Source of the DNA: Aulosira sp. ZfuVER01
GTDB lineage: Bacteria; Cyanobacteriota; Cyanobacteriia; Cyanobacteriales; Nostocaceae
Reading direction: 5' to 3'
DNA length: 64,000 nt
Assembly (NCBI GenBank): GCA_034530615.2
Contig: JAVRCV020000034.1
Coordinates: 1 to 64,000 of the forward strand
In this document: positions 41,575 through 50,448 of the stretch, piece after piece
How positions within the stretch are numbered: the first letter of the stretch is position 1
Layout of the letters: every line of letters starts with the position of its first letter
Notes under the pieces: model-generated
What the model saw: only the letters and a program-made list of their open reading frames with translations
The model's database searches: none
What the model was told of the DNA's origin: nothing
Position numbers and translations under genes: made by a program

Positions 41575-43143
41575 TTAACTAACAGGCTCTAGCTGATAAC
41601 TGACTTTCTCTTCTTGTTGCTTCTGCTTTAAATCAGCCAGTTTCGCTCGCAACTGCGCTCTAACCTCATAGCGGTAGTTGAAGAAGTGTTCGCCAACACC
41701 TAAGGTTGTTAGATAATCATATAGCAAGCGGGGTTTAGCAAAGGCGATCGCTACCAATTGCCACCAGAACCGCCACCTTGTTGAACGCACCACACCTTGT
41801 CGCCAGCAAATTGCTGAAAACAACCGGATTTCATGCGAAGTTATTTTACGCTGAGATTTCCCCCGCCACCCGTTCATCATCATAAAGTGGCGGAAAGTGC
41901 GTTTCAAGTAAGGCATCGGTTCATAGATGTTCCAAAATGCTTGGATGTATTCCTCTGTAATTTCCTCCACTGGGCGCGTTGGTTTAAAGTTCATCAGTGC
42001 GCCTTGGTGGAAGGTTCCCAAACCATCAACCAATCGCTCTTCCTGCTGGAGACGGTTCCACATTGCAGTATTCTGCAATGCTTGCAGCATACTAAATTGC
42101 CCTTGGGGAATGCCAGTCTCCTCAATAAATTCTTGAATTCGTTCTCCCGCACCAGGACGTTCGTTGTCGAAGCCGATGATAAAACCAGACATAATCTGCA
42201 ATCCTGCCCGGGTAATTTTGTGGCAAGATTCAATTAAGCTTTTGCGTGTATTCTGGACTTTGTGAATCCCTAAAAGACTATCTGTGTCTGGGGTTTCGAT
42301 ACCCATAAATACAAGGGTGAAGCCAGCTTTCACCATCAACGCAATTAATTCATCATCCTCAGCTAAATTAAGTGAAGCTTCTGTGAGCAACACAAACGGG
42401 TAATCATGTGCTTCCATCCAGGGAATCAGGGCTTGTAAAAATACTTTGGCATTACGCTTATTGCCGATAAAATTATCATCGACAACAAACACATACCGCC
42501 GCCAGCCTAAATCGTAGATAGTTTGAAATTCCCGCAGCATCTGTTCTGGCGTCTTGGTGCGAGGCTTGCGTCCATACAAGTTAATAATGTCGCAAAATTC
42601 GCATTGGAACGGACAACCACGGGAAAATTGTAATGTAATTGCCAAGTATGCATCGAGATTGAGTAAATCAAACCGTGCAATTGGCGTTTGAGTGACATCG
42701 GGTTTTTCTGGAGAACGGAAAATTCCCCGTTCATCTCCCCGTGCCAAAGCTTCTAAAAACAGGGGAATAGTGCATTCCCCTTCATCTAAAATTAGATATT
42801 GCGCTCCTGCTTCTAAAGCAAATTCGGGTACTGAAGTAGGGTAGGGGCCCCCAACTGCTACCTTTTTACCTAACGCAATTCCCTTTTGAATTAACTCTCT
42901 AAAATCCTGTTTCTGGATAATCATCGCAGAGATGATTACCATATCACACCAATCCCAGTCTGCATCCGTCTCTAGAGAGACATTGCGATCGACAAATCTA
43001 ATTTCCCAATCACTAGGCAGCATTGCTGCTATAGTTATTAAACCCAGTGGTGGATTGGTAGAACGTAAACCTGCCAAATCAAGGGTCTCTTGGTAAGACC
43101 AAAAAGAATTGGGCATTATCGGCCAGAGTAGTAAGGCTCGCAT
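41575..43143 (-). CDS. B12-binding radical SAM protein (DUF4070 C-terminus)
   Basis: PPLGL, GGPY, SRGCPFQCEFC, DDNF, GFIIGFD. Confidence 0.92.
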   Translation of the reverse strand: MRALLLWPIMPNSFWSYQETLDLAGLRSTNPPLGLITIAAMLPSDWEIRFVDRNVSLETDADWDWCDMVIISAMIIQKQDFRELIQKGIALGKKVAVGGPYPTSVPEFALEAGAQYLILDEGECTIPLFLEALARGDERGIFRSPEKPDVTQTPIARFDLLNLDAYLAITLQFSRGCPFQCEFCDIINLYGRKPRTKTPEQMLREFQTIYDLGWRRYVFVVDDNFIGNKRNAKVFLQALIPWMEAHDYPFVLLTEASLNLAEDDELIALMVKAGFTLVFMGIETPDTDSLLGIHKVQNTRKSLIESCHKITRAGLQIMSGFIIGFDNERPGAGERIQEFIEETGIPQGQFSMLQALQNTAMWNRLQQEERLVDGLGTFHQGALMNFKPTRPVEEITEEYIQAFWNIYEPMPYLKRTFRHFMMMNGWRGKSQRKITSHEIRLFSAICWRQGVVRSTRWRFWWQLVAIAFAKPRLLYDYLTTLGVGEHFFNYRYEVRAQLRAKLADLKQKQQEEKVSYQLEPVS

Positions 43144-43309
43144 CAGCACATACCCCGGAGTAGAAAAGTTACTTATTCCCAGGTTACTGCTACTCGATCT
43201 GACGCGACTTTAACTTTTATCGACTTTTGTAAAGTAAAGGTACATAAATTTTGGGGAATGGGCATTGGGCATTGGGGAGTGTGGGGAGTGTGGGGAGTGT
43301 GGGGAGTGT

Positions 43310-43486
43310 CTCACAAGTGTAGGTTTTTTATTTGCGTATGAGTGGGCACTCTCAAACAGAGTGATAAACGTGGTTCAAATAACGAAATTTCGTTCTTGGG
43401 TGGGAAATCAGAAACTAAAATTTGAGTTCTTAACCAACGCAAAAACCCCATTTCAGCCAAGTTTGTAAAATACCTACACCTGTCAG
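43310..43486. mobile_element. 177-bp MITE with 21-bp terminal inverted repeats
   Basis: CTCACAAGTGTAGGTTTTTTA versus reverse complement of right end CTGACAGGTGTAGGTATTTTA (18/21); flanked on both sides by GTGGGGAGTGT. Confidence 0.75.
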
Positions 43487-43653
43487 GTGGGGAGTGTGGG
43501 GAGAAATGACAATTGCCTTTTGACACTTGACTTTTGACTCTGGACTCTTGCTTAATGCCCAATGCCCACTTGCCCAAGAAAATGTCAAAATAAAATTTGT
43601 TTTGTAACCGCTGCTTTACATAGCGCGGATTTGAGATAACTAACTTGAAATTT

Positions 43654-44664
43654 ATGGGCAAGCAGCGCGTTCTGTCGGGAGTTCAACCAACTGGAAATTT
43701 ACATTTAGGCAACTACTTGGGAGCAATTCGTAACTGGGTAGAAGCCCAGAGTGATTACGAAAATTTCCTTTTTGTCGCTGATTTACACGCGATTACGGTG
43801 CCACACGACCCTAAAGAGTTGGCATCTAATACCTATACCCTTGTGGCTCTCTATCTCGCTTGTGGTCTAGATTTAAATTATTCCACTATCTTTGTACAAT
43901 CTCACGTCTCGGCACACAGCGAACTCACTTGGTTGCTCAACTGTATTACACCCCTCAACTGGCTGCAAGACATGATCCAGTTTAAGGAAAAGGCGGTCAA
44001 ACAGGGCGAAAATGTCGGTGTCGGCTTATTGGACTACCCGGTGCTGATGTCTTCTGATATTTTGCTGTACAAGGCAGATTATGTCCCTGTGGGTGAAGAC
44101 CAAAAGCAACATTTAGAATTGACGCGGGATATTGTCAATCGCTTTAATCACTTATTTGCTAAACCAGATCAACCAGTGCTGAAGCTACCAGCACCTTTGA
44201 TTCGCAAGGAAGGCGCAAGGGTGATGAGTTTGACTGATGGTACTCGCAAAATGTCCAAGTCTGACCCGTCGGAATTAAGCCGGATCAATTTGTTAGATAC
44301 ACCAGAACAAATTGCCAATAAAATTAAGCGCTGTAAAACCGATCCAATTCGTGGTTTAACTTTTGACGATCCAGAGCGTCCAGAGTGTAATAATTTGTTA
44401 ACGCTATATATGCTGCTGGCTGGTAAAACAAAAGAAGAAGTAGCGGCTGAATGTCAGGATATGGGTTGGGGAAAATTCAAGCCATTATTGACCGAAACAG
44501 CGATCGCAGCCTTAAAACCGATCCAAGATAAATATCAGGCTGTGATGGATGACAAAAGCTATCTAGAGAAGGTGTTGCAGGAGGGACGGCAAAAAGCTCA
44601 AGCAGTTGCTAACCAAACTTTGGCAGAAGTGAAAGCTGCTTTAGGATACTCTATGCCTCTTTAA
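43654..44664 (+). CDS. trpS: Tryptophanyl-tRNA synthetase
   Basis: SGVQPTG, HLGN, VPVGEDQKQH, KMSKS. Confidence 0.98.
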   Translation: MGKQRVLSGVQPTGNLHLGNYLGAIRNWVEAQSDYENFLFVADLHAITVPHDPKELASNTYTLVALYLACGLDLNYSTIFVQSHVSAHSELTWLLNCITPLNWLQDMIQFKEKAVKQGENVGVGLLDYPVLMSSDILLYKADYVPVGEDQKQHLELTRDIVNRFNHLFAKPDQPVLKLPAPLIRKEGARVMSLTDGTRKMSKSDPSELSRINLLDTPEQIANKIKRCKTDPIRGLTFDDPERPECNNLLTLYMLLAGKTKEEVAAECQDMGWGKFKPLLTETAIAALKPIQDKYQAVMDDKSYLEKVLQEGRQKAQAVANQTLAEVKAALGYSMPL

Positions 44665-44724
44665 GGATTTCGCTTTTAGGGGTAATTTGATTTACCCTGT
44701 AAGAAAATTGAAATCTTGAATGTT

Positions 44725-45654
44725 ATGCCTGATACCCAGAGTAAGACAGTCTTGAATGCCTTTCGCCGAGCCGCGCAAGCCGGCGAATTTTTAGTAACTG
44801 CTGAAGTTGCTCCTCCCAAAGGCGGAGATGCAACACACATGCTCCAAATGGCGGCGACCCTTAAGGGGAGGGTTCATGCCGTCAATATTACCGATGGTAG
44901 CCGAGCAGTATTGCGGATGTCTTCGTTAGTGGCTTCAGCAATTTTATTGCAACATGGAATTGAACCGATTTGTCAGATTGCTTGCCGCGATCGCAACCGA
45001 ATTGGTTTACAAGGTGACTTAATGGGTGCTCATGCTTTGGGTATCCGTAACATTTTAGCTTTGACTGGCGACCCCGTAAAAGCAGGCGATCACCCTGATG
45101 CTAAAGGTGTCTTTGATTTAGAAGCGGTGCGACTGCTGCAACTAATTAGAAAGATGAATCAAGGTTTTGACTGTAATGAAAAACCGCTAACAGATGGCGC
45201 ATTAGATTTATTTACAGGTGCAGCAGTTGACCCACAATGTGCGAGTTTGTCAGGCTTGCAAAGTCGCTTTGAACGCAAAATAGAAGCCGGAGCGCAATTT
45301 TTTCAAAGTCAATTAATCACAGATTTTGAGCGCTTAGAAAAATTCATGGACACCATCGCCGCTGGTTATAAAAAACCAATTTTGGCAGGAATTTTTCTGT
45401 TGAAATCGGCAAAAAATGCCCAGTTTATTAATAAATGTGTTCCTGGAGTAAATATTCCCCAGCACATTATTGATAGATTGGCACAAGCAAAACATCCGCT
45501 TGAAGAAGGCGTAAAAATTGCCGCCGAGCAAGTGCAAATTGCTCGGCAATTGTGTCATGGTGTCCACATGATGGCAGTGAAGCGAGAAGATTTGATTCCG
45601 CAAATTTTGGATTTAGCGGGAGTAGCACCAGTTAATTTGGTGGGAGTTAAGTAA
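44725..45654 (+). CDS. metF: Methylenetetrahydrofolate reductase
   Basis: AEVAPPK, NITD, CRDRN, LTGDP, GAQFFQSQ. Confidence 0.9.
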   Translation: MPDTQSKTVLNAFRRAAQAGEFLVTAEVAPPKGGDATHMLQMAATLKGRVHAVNITDGSRAVLRMSSLVASAILLQHGIEPICQIACRDRNRIGLQGDLMGAHALGIRNILALTGDPVKAGDHPDAKGVFDLEAVRLLQLIRKMNQGFDCNEKPLTDGALDLFTGAAVDPQCASLSGLQSRFERKIEAGAQFFQSQLITDFERLEKFMDTIAAGYKKPILAGIFLLKSAKNAQFINKCVPGVNIPQHIIDRLAQAKHPLEEGVKIAAEQVQIARQLCHGVHMMAVKREDLIPQILDLAGVAPVNLVGVK

Positions 45655-45673
45655 AAAAGTAATTACATTTTTG

Positions 45674-45706
45674 AAACCCCAATCTCTTTGAGAGATTGGG
45701 GTTTTT
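45674..45706 (+). terminator. Intrinsic terminator after trpS-metF
   Basis: AAACCCCAATCTCT-TTG-AGAGATTGGGGTTTTT. Confidence 0.8.
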
Positions 45707-45846
45707 CTGTTAAGTTACTTGTAAAAGTATGAGTGTATTATTTTTGTTATTAAGAATGTTTGAATATTTGGGGTTTCTGGCTAATCTATGGTAGTTTAAA
45801 CCAAAATCCAGCAAATACTCTGTTGTTAAACTGACTTAAAATTTTT

Positions 45847-48561
45847 ATGGCGGATAACAGTACAGGTAATGCAGATTCTCGACAAGAGTCTATTCTGAAT
45901 GCTAGTGTCAGCGATCAAGCAACAGAGTCAGACTCTCTTGGTTTTGAACCTTATGTTAGTGCGATCGCAGAGTTTTTAACCAATCCTGTAACTCAACCTC
46001 CACTCACTATTTCCATAGAAGGTGCATGGGGTAGCGGTAAGTCTTCTTTTATGAAGCAACTCCAGAAAGCTATTGAAGAAAGTCAACAGAAAAAGTTTGA
46101 GAAGAAGTTACAAAATAATTTGGGAAAGTTTGACAGGAATGCAAGGGCAAATATTAAAAATTTTAGGAAGCGCTTAGAACAAAGATTTTATAATACTTTT
46201 AAGATACGTTTAACAAGTCGGCTTGGTGACATTTTTGAATTTATTTCTATTAAAGGTTTATTTGTTTTAACTACTATATATAAATATTTATACTTAAATT
46301 TTAACAAGCTTAAACCTAAGCCAAAAACAGTTTGGTTCAATGCTTGGAGACATGATAAAGCTGAAGCTTTATGGGCAGCCTTTGCACTTGAATTTTTGCG
46401 TCAGATATCCACATCTCGCTATAGTTCTGATTCTTTAAATATTGGGATTGGTCACGTTAAACTATTCTTATCTCGCTTCAATTTGAAAGAGGGTTGGCTA
46501 GATTTTATTCGGACACTTGCCCAATTAGGGATTGGTATATCCGCTATTGTAATAATTGGGATTCTTTCTTTTTTAAAAGGGCCAGCATGGGTTGATGAAT
46601 TGTCCAAGGGAGTAAAAAATTTAAATATACGCCTAGAACAGACTAATAAAACTCAAGAAAGAAATAGTAGTTCTCAGTCAAAAAATAGTATCAAAGAAAG
46701 AAAGAACGATACTTCATCTCATCAAAATAATAACTCTAATCAAAAACATCCCACAAATCAAGATAGAACAGAAAATTCCCTGCCAGAAAATCCCTATTCT
46801 ATACCTATCGGAGCCGCTAGTATTGGAGGTTCAACTTTAGCTGTTATATCACTATGGCAGCAACTTCGTAAATTAGTTGGAGACCCAAAAAAAGCCCTGA
46901 TTAAATATCTCCAGGCTCCTAATTATAAAAATCAGGTTTCTTTTGTAGAGAAGTTCCATGAAGATTTTAAGAAAATTGTCGATGCTTATGCAGGTAAAAA
47001 CAATAAAGTCTATGTTTTTATTGATGACCTCGATCGTTGTGAGCTTCCTAAATCTGCTGACCTGATGCAGGCTCTTAACTTGATGATATCCAACGATCCT
47101 CATATAATTTTTATTCTTGGCATGGATAGAGAGAAGGTAGCAGCAGGTCTTGCAGTCAAATACAAAGATATTCTCCCTTATCTGCCTTCATCCTCAATCG
47201 CACCTAACACCGACAATCAAGATACCAGAAGTTCATTCTTGAGTGGTATAGAATACGGTTATGCTTTTCTGGAGAAGTTTATCCAAATTCCCTTTCAAGT
47301 ACCACAACCTGCTGAGTCAGACTTTAAGCGTTTTTTATCTACAATCGCCCTTCCTATTCAGCAAAAACAGAAACCCAGTTTTTTGAAGTCTGTTTATAAT
47401 AATATTTCCACATTATTCAGGAAATTGAATCATAAGCAGCAGCCAGAACAAGCTTCACAAGGAGAATCGTCAACAGAAAAATCCCAAACAACAGAGAAAA
47501 AAGATAGAGAAGAGCATCGTGAGAAAATCAAACTTGATGTAACCGAAGATTCTAAAACAGTTCGGAATATTGTGTTAATGGTAGCTCCTGCTTTGGATTA
47601 TAATCCGCGTCGTTTGAAGCAATTTATTAATTTGTTCAGACTCAAAACCTATATTGCCAGTAATACAGGACTATTTGATGAAATAGTCAAACAATCGCAG
47701 GAATCATCTATTAATCAACCTTTGACCTTAGAACAATTGGGTAAGTTTACTGCTATTAATGTAAAATGGCCGCGGCTACTTGCTGATTTAGATGTAGACC
47801 GTAAGTTACTCACAAATTTACAAAAGAGAGCGCTTAATACTGCTGACTTTGATTTTAGTCAGTGTAATGAAATTACAAAAGATTGGGCTGATAAACCAAA
47901 GTTATTGGAACTACTGCGCTGCTATCCGGGAATCATTTCTTCTGCTTTACCAGATGAATACATACTCGAAGATAAATATAGCCTGGAAAAAGTAGATGTA
48001 AATAAACTCTTACAGGTGTCCCCAGGAACACAAGATGATCTGAGTTCTGAAAGAGGCGTAGACTATACAAAATTGCGCGACTTACTAGCAGCCAGAAATT
48101 GGAAAGAAGCTGATCGAGAAACTCATAAAGTGATGTTGCAAGCTGTCGGGAGATCAGAAAACGACTTTATACTTATAGATGAACTTTCAAACTTCCCATG
48201 CACTGACCTTCATACAATTGACCGCTTGTGGGTAAAATATAGCAATGGGCGTTTTGGCTTCAGCGTTCAAAAGAACATTTACTTAGAGGTCGGCGGTAAG
48301 CTGAACGCTGAACAGACTGAAGAAAGCATCGATGAAGAGATTGAGAATAGATTGAAAGCCCATAATGATTTTTGCGATCGCGTAGGATGGAGAGAGGAAA
48401 GCAGCCTAGCTACAAGCAACTGTGATACCGCAGATCCAATAGGACACCTTCCCACGCTGATACTCACATATTACCCACGCACTTACCGCATCACGCTGCG
48501 TGACATTACATCAGACTCCGCTTCTTACATCACTCTCTTCTCTCGTTATCAAAAATTGTAA
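45847..48561 (+). CDS. KAP-family P-loop NTPase with TM insert and C-terminal GUN4 domain
   Basis: GAWGSGKSS, WFNAW, FIDDLDRC, FLEKFIQIP, NPRRLKQFIN; GUN4 motifs WKEADRET, IDRLWVKYSNGRFGFSVQ, VGWR, GHLP. Confidence 0.88.
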   Translation: MADNSTGNADSRQESILNASVSDQATESDSLGFEPYVSAIAEFLTNPVTQPPLTISIEGAWGSGKSSFMKQLQKAIEESQQKKFEKKLQNNLGKFDRNARANIKNFRKRLEQRFYNTFKIRLTSRLGDIFEFISIKGLFVLTTIYKYLYLNFNKLKPKPKTVWFNAWRHDKAEALWAAFALEFLRQISTSRYSSDSLNIGIGHVKLFLSRFNLKEGWLDFIRTLAQLGIGISAIVIIGILSFLKGPAWVDELSKGVKNLNIRLEQTNKTQERNSSSQSKNSIKERKNDTSSHQNNNSNQKHPTNQDRTENSLPENPYSIPIGAASIGGSTLAVISLWQQLRKLVGDPKKALIKYLQAPNYKNQVSFVEKFHEDFKKIVDAYAGKNNKVYVFIDDLDRCELPKSADLMQALNLMISNDPHIIFILGMDREKVAAGLAVKYKDILPYLPSSSIAPNTDNQDTRSSFLSGIEYGYAFLEKFIQIPFQVPQPAESDFKRFLSTIALPIQQKQKPSFLKSVYNNISTLFRKLNHKQQPEQASQGESSTEKSQTTEKKDREEHREKIKLDVTEDSKTVRNIVLMVAPALDYNPRRLKQFINLFRLKTYIASNTGLFDEIVKQSQESSINQPLTLEQLGKFTAINVKWPRLLADLDVDRKLLTNLQKRALNTADFDFSQCNEITKDWADKPKLLELLRCYPGIISSALPDEYILEDKYSLEKVDVNKLLQVSPGTQDDLSSERGVDYTKLRDLLAARNWKEADRETHKVMLQAVGRSENDFILIDELSNFPCTDLHTIDRLWVKYSNGRFGFSVQKNIYLEVGGKLNAEQTEESIDEEIENRLKAHNDFCDRVGWREESSLATSNCDTADPIGHLPTLILTYYPRTYRITLRDITSDSASYITLFSRYQKL

Positions 48562-48627
48562 AGTATAACATATAAGGCTTTCGCAAGTTTGTAAACATTT
48601 ATTAAAGCTCAATTTTCCACGTATTTA

Positions 48628-48940
48628 TCAACATTTCATCGATCCGATACCTGTCACTGTGGGCTGATAGCAGTGTGCCTGAACAAATTTTTCTGCTACC
48701 TGATGCACCTCCGTACTTTCAGTTACTTTTTGGTTATTCCAAGGTAAACTCATTTGCCCAGGCGAAGACTTTTTAGCCTTACCAGCCTTAATCATCGACG
48801 GTAAAAAGCGACTACCCCAATAATTCCTCTTTTCAGGTTTTGCTTGCGGTAGATATTTTTGACAAAATCTGCGATACTTCGCCGCGCATTCATCCAAAGT
48901 TCTTCCCATTTGCAAAAACGCTGGATGCCATTGAGTTAAT
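48628..48940 (-). pseudogene. C-terminal remnant of a REP-associated/IS200-like tyrosine transposase
   Basis: LTQWHPAFLQMGRTLDECAAKYRRFCQKY...SPGQMSLPW resembles the cyanobacterial RAYT tail (recalled); the catalytic N-terminus is absent. Confidence 0.6.
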
Positions 48941-49100
48941 GTGTATGGTTAGAGAATATTTATAGAACGCTTCTCTAAACAACTTTATGTGGTAAAGCCT
49001 ATGTAAACATTGTCCTTTCCCCTTAGATTGCTAAACTAAAAAACAACCCTGACCCCTGCAAAGGTAATATTATGACCACAGAAAAGGGTTTTCAGCTTCG

Positions 49101-49374
49101 CAATTGCCGTTTCGGACATTACAATTGCTGTTTCGGACACTACAATTGCTGTTTCGGACACTACAATTGCTGTTTCGGACACTACAATTGCGATTTCGGG
49201 CACTACAATTGCGATTTCGGGCACTACAATTGCTGTTTCGGACACTACAATTGCCGTTTCGGACACTACAATTGCCGTTTCGGACACTACAATTGCCGTT
49301 TCGGACACTACAATTGCCGTTTCGGATACTACAATTGCGATTTCGGACACTACAATTGCGATTTTGGCGATCGC
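49101..49374. repeat. 21-bp tandem array (12 units plus a partial ending in a HIP1 site)
   Basis: CAATTGC(CG/TG/GA)TTTCGG(A/G)CACTA units starting at 49101, 49122 ... 49353. Confidence 0.95.
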
Positions 49375-49485
49375 AAAAACAGGCTCTTGACAACTTAAAT
49401 TAGTTTCATCTAATGAGTGCGATCGCCCTTTTTCTTGCGAGTTGCTAAACTAAAAAACAACCCTTATCCCTGCAAAGGTAGCCTT

Positions 49486-50229
49486 ATGACCTCTGCAACC
49501 AATTTCACAGACGAACTCACGCCTTTCCCCGACCATACGCAGCTACCAGAGTCCGATGGCACTTTTGTGAAAAATTGGCAAGAGCATCCTCAAAGCATTT
49601 TACTGACAGACTCAATTACACCAGTACTGAAAAAATTACATCCCGATAATCAATATTGTATTGGTCAAGACTTAGGTATTTATTGGCGCTTAACCGATCC
49701 TCCAGAAAAAGGCCCAGAAGCACCGGATTGGTTTTATGTAGGCAATGTACCGCCCTTGCTTGATGGGCAAACGCGACGTTCTTATGTACTGTGGCGAGAG
49801 TTTATTGCCCCATTAGTTGTCTTAGAATTTGTCTCTGGGGATGGTAGTGAAGAACGAGACACAACTCCTTGGAAAGGAAAATTTTGGATTTATGAGCAGG
49901 TGATTCGTCCTCCCTTTTATGGCATTTATGAAGTGAATAAAGCCAGCGTCGAAGTTTATAAATTTATTGGTGGGCAATATCAGTTATTAGCAGCAAATGA
50001 GCGCGGACATTATCCCATTACTCCGTTGGGAGTTGAGTTAGGTATTTGGCAAGGACAGTATCAAAATGCGGAATTACCTTGGCTGCGCTGGTGGGATGAG
50101 CAAGGTAATTTGTTGTTAACTGGTGAAGAAAGAGCAGAACAAGAATCCCAACGGGCGGAACAGGAACGCCAACGAGCCGATCGCCTAGCTGCACAATTGC
50201 GATCGCTCGGCGTTGAACCAGAAGCCTAG
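49486..50229 (+). CDS. Uma2 (DUF820) family endonuclease-like protein
   Basis: PDHTQLPESDG, APDWFYV, LEFVS, WLRWWD, AEQERQRADRL tail. Confidence 0.9.
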   Translation: MTSATNFTDELTPFPDHTQLPESDGTFVKNWQEHPQSILLTDSITPVLKKLHPDNQYCIGQDLGIYWRLTDPPEKGPEAPDWFYVGNVPPLLDGQTRRSYVLWREFIAPLVVLEFVSGDGSEERDTTPWKGKFWIYEQVIRPPFYGIYEVNKASVEVYKFIGGQYQLLAANERGHYPITPLGVELGIWQGQYQNAELPWLRWWDEQGNLLLTGEERAEQESQRAEQERQRADRLAAQLRSLGVEPEA

Positions 50230-50448
50230 TACTGCTACGCGGAAGTCAAAAGTCAAAAGAATTATCCATTAATTTCGTAGTCAGGACTTTATTTCTGATT
50301 TTCATCGCCTCAGTGCTGACTAAGAACTGTTAATAAAAAAATACAATTACGCTTTGATAACTTGATGACAAAACGAGTAGCAAATTGTGTAGTCTCTGAG
50401 TTATTTTGCACTAGCACAATACAATAAACAATCATTTGGGCTGGTGAA

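Noticed and set aside
45847..48940. Diversity-generating retroelement targeting the GUN4 tail
   Set aside because: No reverse transcriptase and no TR/VR pair visible in the window.
49036..49403. Several overlapping heptad-repeat ORFs on both strands
   Set aside because: Open frames follow automatically from a stop-free 21-bp unit; only 49072-49398 has an argument for expression, and it is noted as a finding.
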